64,000 nt of DNA from an uncultured Planctomycetota bacterium (lineage in GTDB: Bacteria > Planctomycetota > Planctomycetia > Pirellulales > Lacipirellulaceae), in the NCBI GenBank assembly GCA_963719315.1, contig CAVRBU010000020.1, forward strand, positions 47,014 through 111,013, read 5' to 3'. The notes beneath the pieces were generated by a model. It saw only the letters and a list, made by a program, of their open reading frames with translations, was not told the DNA's origin and searched no databases. Shown one piece after another: positions 1 through 8,030 of this stretch (the stretch's first letter is position 1; every line of letters begins with the position of its first letter). The position numbers were made by a program, and so were the translations under genes.

Positions 1-657
1 CGCGATGTGATTGATAACGGCGTCATGACGGTGTGCCTCCGTTCGCAATCGGATCGATCCTGGTTTTGGCACATTCCGCTGTCGAACGACGTGGTGAGCA
101 TCGGTTGTGTGAGCGATGCCGAGTATCTCTTCCGCCCCGGCGGCGGCACGCCGGACGAATTATTCGCGGCCGAGGTGGCCGACTGCCCGGCGATGGCGCA
201 GCGGCTCGCGGGCGCGGAAAAGGTCGCGGGGCTGGACGTCGTGAAAGAATATTCGTACACCACGGGCCGCTCGTCCGGCGATGGCTGGGTGCTCGTCGGC
301 GATGCGTGGGGCTTTATCGACCCGATTTATTCCTCCGGTGTGTGGTTCGCGCTCAAGAGCGGCCAACTCGCGGCCGATGCGATTATCGAAGGCCTTAAGA
401 GTGGCGACACGTCCGAAGCCCAGCTCGGCAAATGGGTGCCCGATTTCGCCCGCGGCACGACGTGGGTCCGCAAGCTGGCCGAGGCGTGGTACTGCGGGCA
501 GTTCCGTGTCGGCAAGTTCATCCGCGAGTATCCACAGCACGTGGGGCCGATGACGGACATTCTCATCGGGCGTATTTTCCAGCCCGACGCGGGTAAGATC
601 TTCGATGACCTCGACCCCTGGCTGGAACGGATGAAGACGGAAGGCGTGACGAGTTGA
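1..657 (+). CDS. FAD-dependent oxidoreductase / flavin-dependent halogenase-like protein (5' truncated by window edge)
   Basis: Motifs WFWHIPL, GWVLVGDAWGFIDPIYSSGV typical of halogenase/geranylgeranyl reductase-like flavoproteins; frame is open from the window start. Confidence 0.8.
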   Translation, partial: RDVIDNGVMTVCLRSQSDRSWFWHIPLSNDVVSIGCVSDAEYLFRPGGGTPDELFAAEVADCPAMAQRLAGAEKVAGLDVVKEYSYTTGRSSGDGWVLVGDAWGFIDPIYSSGVWFALKSGQLAADAIIEGLKSGDTSEAQLGKWVPDFARGTTWVRKLAEAWYCGQFRVGKFIREYPQHVGPMTDILIGRIFQPDAGKIFDDLDPWLERMKTEGVTS

Positions 658-778
658 GGGTTGAGGGTTGAGGGTTGAAGAGTTGAAGAGTTGAGGGGCG
701 AGGGGCGGCCGAATGAGGCGTCCGGAAGTAGACTAAAGTACGATTGGCCATCGACTCTAGGCCCTCGACCCTCGACCT
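655..778. repeat. Inverted heptamer-array element ((GAGGGTT/GAAGAGTT)n ... (CCCTCGA)n)
   Basis: Tandem 7-mers on the left, reverse-complement-type 7-mers on the right, short unique core. Confidence 0.7.
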
Positions 779-782
779 TCTT

Positions 783-2090
783 ATGCGCATCGCATATATC
801 ACCGCTGGGGCGGCTGGCATGTACTGCGGCAGTTGTCTGCACGACAACACGCTCGCTGCCGCACTGCTGGAGTTGGGCGAGGATGTGCTGCTCGTGCCCA
901 CGTACACGCCGCTGCGCACCGACGAGACCGACGTTAGCATCAAGCGGGTGTTCTTCGGGGGCATCAATGTTTACTTGCAGGAGAAGCTGCCGCTGTTCCG
1001 ACACACGCCGTGGTGGTTCGATCGGCTGCTCGATAACCCCGCGCTGTTAGAGCGATTGGCGCGTCGGGCGTCGAGCGTCGATCCCACGCAGCTCGGCGGT
1101 TTGACCGTGTCGATGCTCCGCGGCGAGGCAGGCCATCAGCGCAAGGAACTCGAAAAACTGGTCCATTGGCTGCTCACCGAGGTGCAGCCGGAAATCGTGC
1201 ATTTGTCGAACTCCATGCAAATCGGCATGGCGCGGTTGATACGGGAACGCGGCGGCCCGCCGGTCGTGTGCCAACTTTCGGGCGAAGACCTGTTCCTCGA
1301 AAAGTTGCCGCCGCCGTATTACGAAGAAGCGCGGGCACACTTGCGCGAGCGCGCGGCTGATGTCGACGCGTTCGTAGCGCTCAACCGCTACTATGCGGTT
1401 TTCATGGCGGATTATCTGGCCGTTGATCGGACGCGGGTGCACGTAATTCCGCACGGTTTGAACCTGGATGGCCATGCCAGGCGTCAACCCCCGGCGGAAT
1501 CGGGCGTTCATCGCGACATGCCGCGCGTGATCGGTTTCTTCGCCCGAATCTGCGAGGATAAAGGATTGCATCAATTGGTGGAGGCCTGCGAATTATTAGC
1601 GACACGCGGCGACTTGCCGCCGTTTGTTCTCCACGCCGCCGGTTACCTTGGCGACGGCGACAGACCCTATCTTGCCGCACTCGAAGCCCAAACTGCCGCC
1701 GGCCCACTGGCCGGCAGGTTCCGGTACATGGGCGAGCTCGATCGTGCCCAAAAAATCGCGTTCCTGCAATCGCTCGATCTAATGAGTACGCCGACCGTGT
1801 ATCGCGAATCGAAGGGCTTACCCGCACTCGAGGCCATGGCCAATGCAGTGCCCGTTGTCTTGCCCGACCATGGGAGTTTCTCGGAGATGGTTGCCGACAC
1901 CGGCGGCGGCCTGCTGCATCGACCCCACGACGCGGCCGACTTGGCCGATAAATTGGCTGAACTACTCAGCGATTCGGTGCGAGCCTCGCAGTTCGGCCTC
2001 GCTGGGCAGCAGGCAGTTCAGGATCGTTACAACGCCGCAGCGATGGCGCGGCAGACGCGCGAGTTATACGAAAGGTTTATCTCTAGGTAG
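783..2090 (+). CDS. Glycosyltransferase family 4 (GT-B fold)
   Basis: MRIAYITAGAAGMYCGSC start, ARICEDKGLHQL and ESKGLPALEAMANAVPVV motifs; ATG at 783. Confidence 0.88.
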   Translation: MRIAYITAGAAGMYCGSCLHDNTLAAALLELGEDVLLVPTYTPLRTDETDVSIKRVFFGGINVYLQEKLPLFRHTPWWFDRLLDNPALLERLARRASSVDPTQLGGLTVSMLRGEAGHQRKELEKLVHWLLTEVQPEIVHLSNSMQIGMARLIRERGGPPVVCQLSGEDLFLEKLPPPYYEEARAHLRERAADVDAFVALNRYYAVFMADYLAVDRTRVHVIPHGLNLDGHARRQPPAESGVHRDMPRVIGFFARICEDKGLHQLVEACELLATRGDLPPFVLHAAGYLGDGDRPYLAALEAQTAAGPLAGRFRYMGELDRAQKIAFLQSLDLMSTPTVYRESKGLPALEAMANAVPVVLPDHGSFSEMVADTGGGLLHRPHDAADLADKLAELLSDSVRASQFGLAGQQAVQDRYNAAAMARQTRELYERFISR

Positions 2091-2579
2091 GTGTTTAGTC
2101 CCATTGTATGCTGTCAATGAGTTGGACTGTGAAACAAGGGTGTAAACGATGACGAACATGTTGGCTGGATCATTGCGGCATTAGGCGTTTACAACGCTGC
2201 GGCCTTAGCGAGCGGCGTGCATCGCGTGCTGATTTCGCCTGACAAAGCGGTGGTGTACCTAACGTCGCACGAGGTGAATGTTAGCCGCAATGTCGCCGAT
2301 GGCAGCCCAATGTACGAAGTAAGCTTGCCTCTCAAAAAATTCCCGTTTGATGCGCAGTTGCAACAGGACCATCGATCTGACCTGCTTTGGGTTTCCTCCG
2401 TAAACTTGCTCCTGACGGCGGCATTATTTCGAGCCAGTCGTTCCAAAGCGACGCCTGTAAAACCCTTCACAATACTGGGGAAACGAGGAGAACCGTCCCT
2501 TGGCGGCCCGCCCGTACTCCGCTAAAATACAAGGCTCAAATTTGGGTCTGACGCAAAACAAATTTTTCGGGATTTCGAA

Positions 2580-2855
2580 ATGCCGCCGTATCAAAACGAC
2601 CGCAACGATCGTAACAAACGCAATAAGGTTGCCAAGAAGCCCAACAAGCGCGATCCGATTTATGTCGAGGGCCAGGCGCCGCGGCCGATGTATGTCGATT
2701 ACAAGGACCTCGATTTGTTGACGAAGCTCACTAATCGGCACGGCCGGATCGTGAGCCGTCGCAAGACGGGTTGCCACGCGGCGAGCCAGCACGCGGTCGC
2801 GCGGGCGATCAAGCGGGCACGGTTCATGGCACTGCTGCCGTATGTGGGCGACTGA
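2580..2855 (+). CDS. rpsR: 30S ribosomal protein S18
   Basis: VDYKDLDLL...[10 protein letters not shown]...[19 protein letters not shown] signature. Confidence 0.95.
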   Translation: MPPYQNDRNDRNKRNKVAKKPNKRDPIYVEGQAPRPMYVDYKDLDLLTKLTNRHGRIVSRRKTGCHAASQHAVARAIKRARFMALLPYVGD

Positions 2856-2858
2856 ATT

Positions 2859-2925
2859 GGTCGAGAGTCTAGGGTCAAGCGTCGAGAGCCAGAAATATTC
2901 TGGCTCTCGACGCTTGACACTCCGC
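2859..2925. repeat. Inverted heptamer-array palindrome (GTCGAGAG...CTCTCGAC)
   Basis: TCAAGCGTCGAGAGCCAGAA and TTCTGGCTCTCGACGCTTGA form a perfect stem; may also act as rpsR terminator. Confidence 0.7.
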
Positions 2926-2938
2926 TCTTGTCTTCCCC

Positions 2939-3361
2939 ATGCCCACTCCCTTCCACACCACCCGGTTCGTCGAGTTTGCTGATACCGACATGGCCGGGAT
3001 CATGCACTTTTCGGCATTCTTTCGGTTCATGGAAGCGGCAGAGCACGCGCTGCTGCGGAGCCTCGGGTTCAGCGTGTTTTCGGAAGTCGGGAAAGAAGTG
3101 ATTACGTTTCCGCGGGTGGCGGCGTCCTGCGAGTATCATTCGCCGGCGCGGTGCGAGGAAGTGCTCGATATCGACGTCACGGTCAATCGCGTTGGCACCA
3201 AGAGCGTGACGTACGGTTTCGCGTTTTCGTACAAGGGCCGCGACGTGGCGACCGGCCAAATGACAAGCGTCTGCTGCCGCATACCGCACGGCGGTACGCC
3301 CGTGTCGATTGCCATCCCTGATGAAATGGGCGACAAGCTACGCAAAATGGCGGCCAGTTAG
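2939..3361 (+). CDS. Acyl-CoA thioesterase (4HBT/YbgC hot-dog fold)
   Basis: RFVEFADTDMAGIMHFSAFFRFMEAAE motif. Confidence 0.9.
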   Translation: MPTPFHTTRFVEFADTDMAGIMHFSAFFRFMEAAEHALLRSLGFSVFSEVGKEVITFPRVAASCEYHSPARCEEVLDIDVTVNRVGTKSVTYGFAFSYKGRDVATGQMTSVCCRIPHGGTPVSIAIPDEMGDKLRKMAAS

Positions 3362-3388
3362 CGAAGCGGGTGGCATGCGTTCAAGCAA

Positions 3389-3473
3389 GTAGGTCCCGCT
3401 TGCCGAGCGGGACCTTAGGAGTGTTGTGCAAGACGTGTTTACGCTTAGGTCCCTTCCGGCAGAAGGGACCTAC
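3389..3473. repeat. GTAG-type REP pair in inverted orientation (REPIN-like)
   Basis: GTAGGTCCCGCTTGCCGAGCGGGACC ... GGTCCCTTCCGGCAGAAGGGACCTAC. Confidence 0.7.
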
Positions 3474-3601
3474 TGGACATCTTTGTGGCGTTCCTAGCAT
3501 GCTCACGCGACTGCGTCGCGAGAGCATGGCACCTAAGTTAGAGCATGTCACCCTCGGAGGTACATGCCCAACAACACGTTGGTCCACTACAATGGATCGG
3601 A

Positions 3602-4297
3602 ATGGAAAGCCAATCTGAAGCCGCCGAGCTTGTTGTCGAGAACATCGTTAAGGAATACGCGACTCCGGCCGAGCCGTTGCGGATTCTGTCGGGCGTGTCG
3701 TTTTCGCTGCGGCGGGGGGAGAATCTCGCGATCTTGGGGCCGAGCGGTTCGGGCAAGAGCACGCTGCTCTCGATTCTGGGCACGCTGGAGCCGCCGACAT
3801 CGGGTCGGGTGCTGCTGGCACGCGAGGATCCGTTCAAACTCAAGGAAGCGGAGTTGGCCGAGTTTCGGCTCGAGAACGTGGGGTTCGTGTTTCAAGAGCA
3901 TCATCTGCTGCCGCAGTGTACGGTCTTGGAAAATGTGCTGGTGCCGTTCTTGGCGGATGGAGCGGCCTCGCCGGACGATCAACGGCGGGCTGCCGATTTG
4001 TTGGGCCGCGTCGGGCTTGCCGAGCGGTTGACGCACCGGCCGGCCGAGCTTTCGGGCGGCGAGCGGCAACGTGTGGCCATCGCGCGGGCGCTGGTGCGCG
4101 AGCCGACGCTGCTGTTGGCCGACGAGCCGACCGGCAATCTCGATCGCACCACTGCCGGTTCGATCGCCAACTTGCTGCTCGAACTCCAGGTCGAGCACAA
4201 TGCGATTCTGGTTATCGTCACGCATAATGAGGCTTTGGCGGCATCGCTCCAACGCCGCATGGAGCTGGATTCGGGACGACTCGTGCCCGTGGCGTGA
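3602..4297 (+). CDS. ABC transporter ATP-binding protein (LolD/MacB-like)
   Basis: Walker A GPSGSGKST, LSGGERQRVAIARAL, Walker B LLADEPTGNLD. Confidence 0.92.
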   Translation: MESQSEAAELVVENIVKEYATPAEPLRILSGVSFSLRRGENLAILGPSGSGKSTLLSILGTLEPPTSGRVLLAREDPFKLKEAELAEFRLENVGFVFQEHHLLPQCTVLENVLVPFLADGAASPDDQRRAADLLGRVGLAERLTHRPAELSGGERQRVAIARALVREPTLLLADEPTGNLDRTTAGSIANLLLELQVEHNAILVIVTHNEALAASLQRRMELDSGRLVPVA

Positions 4298-4341
4298 TTG
4301 AATTGCTTAGTTATTCAGCGGACAATTGAGTTGTACGCCAC

Positions 4342-4417
4342 TGTGGGAGAGGCGTCTCGGACGCCGATTTCGTGCGACGATTGTGGAGTCTCTTCGGCCT
4401 CAGAGAGTCCTCCCACA
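4342..4417. repeat. GTGG-type REP pair (REPIN-like)
   Basis: TGTGGGAG...CTCCCACA terminal inverted arms with internal hairpins. Confidence 0.6.
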
Positions 4418-4434
4418 AAAAGCACGGCTGCACT

Positions 4435-6090
4435 ATGAAAATCACCACCATCCCGAACGTGTATCGAAATGTGAATCGCTGGGGAGAAATTCTCACGATT
4501 CTCAGCAAGTACGGGTTGGCCGATTGGGTGAGTCGCTTCGATTTGCCCTTGGTAAAGGGTTTTCTCAAAAATCGCGACGGCGAGAAGCTGGCCCATCTGA
4601 GTCGCGAAACGCGAATCCGGATGGCGATCGAGGAGCTGGGGCCGGCGTTCATCAAGTTCGGCCAAATCCTGAGTACGCGACCCGACCAGGTCGGCATGCC
4701 ACTTGCGCAGGAGTTGCAGAAACTGCAGACGAGCGTCGCCTGCGACGAGCCGAAGGTCGTGCGCGAAACGATCGAGTCGGAGCTCGAGCAATCGTTGGAG
4801 ATGCTGTTCGCCGACTTCGACACCACGCCGCTGGCCTCGGCATCGATTGGCCAGGCGCATCGGGCGCGGCTACACGCCGGCGACGACGTGGTGGTGAAAG
4901 TGCAGCACGCCGGCATCCGCCGCCGGATGGAAGTCGATCTCGATATCCTCGGCGGCCTGGCACAGTTGGCGGAAAAACTACCGGAGTTGCAATCGTATCG
5001 GCCACAAGCGACGGTGGCCGAGTTTCGCCGCGTCGTGCGTCGCGAGTTCGATTTCGCGCGAGGCCCGCAACTTGCAGCAGTTCAAGCGGAACTTCGCCCG
5101 TGCGCCGCATGTGCGCATTCCGCGGCTGTATCCCGACCTATCGACCGGTCGCGTGATGACGATGGAGTGGCTCGATGGCGCCCGGCTTTGCGACCCGGCT
5201 GTGCGGAAAATGCCTAATATCGACCTGAGGCAGGTCACGCGCCACGGCGCGGAAATGTACCTGGAGATGATTTTTCATCACGGCTTCTATCACGGCGATC
5301 CGCACCCGGGGAACCTCGTCGTGCTCCCCGATGGGGCGATCGGGCTGTTGGACTTCGGCATGGTCGCGCGGCTGGATGAGCAGCTTCGCGAAGATATCGA
5401 AGACATGCTGATCGCGATCGTGTCGCAGGATTCGCAGCAGTTGACTTCGCTTGTGATGCGGCTAGGGGCCGTGCCGCCGGGGTTGGACGAGCCGTCCTTA
5501 AGCGTCGATCTGGCCGAATTCGTCAATCACTACGCAAATCAGCCAGTCGACGCGTTCGATCTGGCCGTGCGCTGAGCGAAATGATCGAAATCGTGCAGCG
5601 GTATCGAATTGCGCTCGCGCCCTCGATGGCGATGCTCATCAAAGTGCTGGTGATGCTCGAAGGCACGGCCCGAATGCTCGAACCGAACTTCAGCCTGATG
5701 GAACTGATTCAGCCCTACCAGAAGAAGATGCTCCGCCGCCGGCTGTCGCCCGCGCGGCAGATGCGGAAAGTGCGGCGGATATATTCCGAAATGGAAAAAC
5801 TGGCCGAGGTGTTGCCGCGGCGGCTGCGTGATATTTTGCAGCAGGTCGAGAGCGGCAAATTCGACGTGCACCTCGATCACCGCGGATTAGAGCCGTCGGT
5901 GAACCGGCTGGTGCTGGGGTTGCTAACGAGCTCGTTGTTCTTGGGCTCGTCTCTATTGATCAGTCGGAATGTGTGGGCCTTTCGCGATGCGTCGGTGCCG
6001 GGCACGTTGGGTGTGATGCTGAGCGCCTTTTTGGGCTGGCGCCTGCTGCGGGCGATCGGCAAATCGGGCCGGCTCGACCGACGGAAGTAA
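4435..6090 (+). CDS. AarF/UbiB/ABC1 family atypical kinase, broken by two frameshifts (~5058, ~5567)
   Basis: LGPAFIKFGQILSTRPD, LASASIGQAHRA, VVVKVQH, FYHGDPHPGN, LLDFGMV spread over three consecutive ORFs. Confidence 0.88.
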
Positions 6091-6210
6091 CCACTAGTCA
6101 GGCCGTGCCTGACGATACCGCTCCATGGATTCCGAGAACATCAGGCGTAACCTGACCTGTTGAACTGAATTTTTGCGAATTCAGCTACCTACGGTCGGCG
6201 GCGTCGCGCT

Positions 6211-6405
6211 CTACGCGCCGACGCTTTGTTTGCTCGAGTGCATGCCGCGGAGCTCTTCGAGCTCGACCGTCAGGCGATGACGCAACGGGCTTTCCGGACG
6301 CAGCTCATCCAGCAGTTCTTCTGCGCGGTCAAAAGTGGCCGACTCGAACGTCGATCCTTTGAACATCTGACCCCAACTTCGGGCAACTTCTTGCTCGGTT
6401 AACAA
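6211..6405 (-). CDS. Small hypothetical protein (64 aa)
   Basis: TTG start preceded by AAGGAG; helical sequence MLTEQEVARSW...LRPESPLRHRLTVELEELR. Confidence 0.65.
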   Translation of the reverse strand: MLTEQEVARSWGQMFKGSTFESATFDRAEELLDELRPESPLRHRLTVELEELRGMHSSKQSVGA

Positions 6406-6583
6406 GGCTGAACTCCTTAAAGTGCAGGGACAACTCGACCACTCAACCTTTGAGCGATTGACCTCCAACTTGATTGTACGTATTCCGGCGACCGGCTGCC
6501 AAGTGTTCAGCACAATCGGTGAGGCGGAGAGCATAGCGAATGTTCGGCAGACTGGAATGTCGAACCGAGGCGGGCAGCTATCG

Positions 6584-6613
6584 TTTACGGGGATTTTGGT
6601 GACAAGGTATAAT
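6584..6613 (+). promoter_or_regulatory. Putative sigma70 promoter of the WXG100 operon
   Basis: TTTACG-N18-TATAAT about 105 bp upstream of the WXG100 ATG. Confidence 0.5.
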
Positions 6614-6719
6614 AAACAGGGGGCAGCGGCGGCGGTGTGTCCTTTTCGTAACTCCAAGCGGCCCGCCAAGTTGGCGTGGCCGGTGGAACGAGTTGCCGAA
6701 TTTTTAGTGAGGCCAGATT

Positions 6720-6992
6720 ATGTCGCAAGCAATTGTCGATCCCAACGAACTGCGACGTTTTGCACAGAATCTTAAGAAGTTCAACCAGGAACTGGAAGAG
6801 CGGCTTACGTCGCTGCGGGCCCAGCTCCAGGCGTTGGGCGCCACGTGGCGCGATCAGGAGCACAAGAAGTTCACCGAAGATTTCGAAGAGCACATGAAAG
6901 TCATTGGCCGTTACGTGGACGTGACGAACGAGCACGCGCCGTTTTTGATGCGCAAAGCGGAGCGGATCGAGGAGTACCTTCAACAGAGGTGA
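6720..6992 (+). CDS. WXG100 family (ESAT-6/EsxA-like) type VII secretion target
   Basis: 90 aa; MSQAIVDPNELRRFA start, central W-R-D turn between two amphipathic helices, C-terminal LMRKAERIEEY. Confidence 0.85.
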   Translation: MSQAIVDPNELRRFAQNLKKFNQELEERLTSLRAQLQALGATWRDQEHKKFTEDFEEHMKVIGRYVDVTNEHAPFLMRKAERIEEYLQQR

Positions 6993-6993
6993 G

Positions 6994-7094
6994 GAGGGTC
7001 GAGGGCGGAGGGTCGAGGGTCGAGAGCCGGAAGCAAACGCGATTTCCTTCGTTTAGAGTTCTGGCTCTTGAACCTCGTCCCTAAGGCCTTGACC
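6994..7094. repeat. Inverted heptamer-array element
   Basis: (GAGGGTC)n GAGAGCCGGAA ... TTCTGGCTCTTGA; same family as 2859 and 30205. Confidence 0.65.
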
Positions 7095-7101
7095 ATTTGC
7101 C

Positions 7102-7737
7102 ATGAGCGGTCCGGCTAGGGTTCATTCCAGCGATGCGATCGAGGCCGTGCGGATGGCGCTGGTGTCGTTTATTGATCGTGTCAGTGATGCAATGATGGAA
7201 CTGAGTGCCGAAATGCGACGTGCACAAGAGTGGTTAGAGCACGACCGGCCAGCCTATTGGAGGAAGCAGACTCGACTTGGAATGGATCAAGTTCACGAAG
7301 CCCAGCAGGCGCTCCACCGCTGTTTGATGTTCCCAGTAGCGAATGAGCGGCCCAGTTGCTACGAAGAACGGGCCATGCTTAAAAAGGCGCAGGTCCGGCT
7401 GGTGTATTGTCAGGAGAAGACTGAGCGCGTGCGGCATTGGCAGCAGACCCTGCGGCACGAGCTGTTCGAATACGAAGGCCGCATGTCGCAGCTCGTCAAA
7501 TTGGTAGAAATCAACGTCCCGCAGGCGATCGGCGTATTGAACAAAATCATGCGACGCCTGGAAGAATATCACGCGGTGCGCGCGACCAACCCGCGGGCAT
7601 CGTACGACGACGTCGCGATGGCGCGAGCGATTTGGGCCGAGGACGAGAGCGAATCGAAGGCTGAGGATGCAATTGCCACGGAAGTCGATCCCGCGGCAGA
7701 TGTCGAAAACGTCGAAGATTCGAAACCACAAACCTAA
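7102..7737 (+). CDS. Hypothetical all-helical protein, WXG100-like/T7SS-associated
   Basis: Coiled-coil hairpin with a central Cys pair (HRCLM...RPSCYEE) and an acidic tail; lies inside the WXG100-FtsK operon. Confidence 0.75.
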   Translation: MSGPARVHSSDAIEAVRMALVSFIDRVSDAMMELSAEMRRAQEWLEHDRPAYWRKQTRLGMDQVHEAQQALHRCLMFPVANERPSCYEERAMLKKAQVRLVYCQEKTERVRHWQQTLRHELFEYEGRMSQLVKLVEINVPQAIGVLNKIMRRLEEYHAVRATNPRASYDDVAMARAIWAEDESESKAEDAIATEVDPAADVENVEDSKPQT

Positions 7738-7805
7738 AAAGTTTACACCGCGGCCTCCGTGCCACAACGTGAAGCTTCCCGTTTGCATCGTTAGGATCAG
7801 TCACC

Positions 7806-8030
7806 ATGCAAAAATTCGATCTTGCCACCGGGGCCGGCCGAATTCGGCACGCTCTGGAGCATCTGGAAATCGTGTGGAATGAAAGTTCCGCCGAGTGGAA
7901 CGACGTCGTTAGCCGAAACTTTCAAGAGCATCATTTGGAGCCGATGCTGCCGCAATTGAAGTTGGGGCTCGATGCGATATCGCGGATGAACCTGTTGATC
8001 AGCGAGGCAGAGCGTGACTGCGAGTCGTGA
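7806..8030 (+). CDS. Second short WXG100-like protein
   Basis: 74 aa, helix-W-N-D-helix (SAEWNDVVSRNF); overlaps the FtsK start. Confidence 0.65.
   Translation: MQKFDLATGAGRIRHALEHLEIVWNESSAEWNDVVSRNFQEHHLEPMLPQLKLGLDAISRMNLLISEAERDCES

Noticed and set aside
655..710. Telomere-like (GAGGGTT)n or CRISPR-like appearance of the short repeats
   Set aside because: No constant 23-47-bp repeat with unique spacers and no cas genes; explained as a heptamer-array element
2217..2525. 102-aa ORF after the glycosyltransferase
   Set aside because: No SD or recognisable motif, and upstream in-frame stops; possibly decayed cargo but not supportable as a gene
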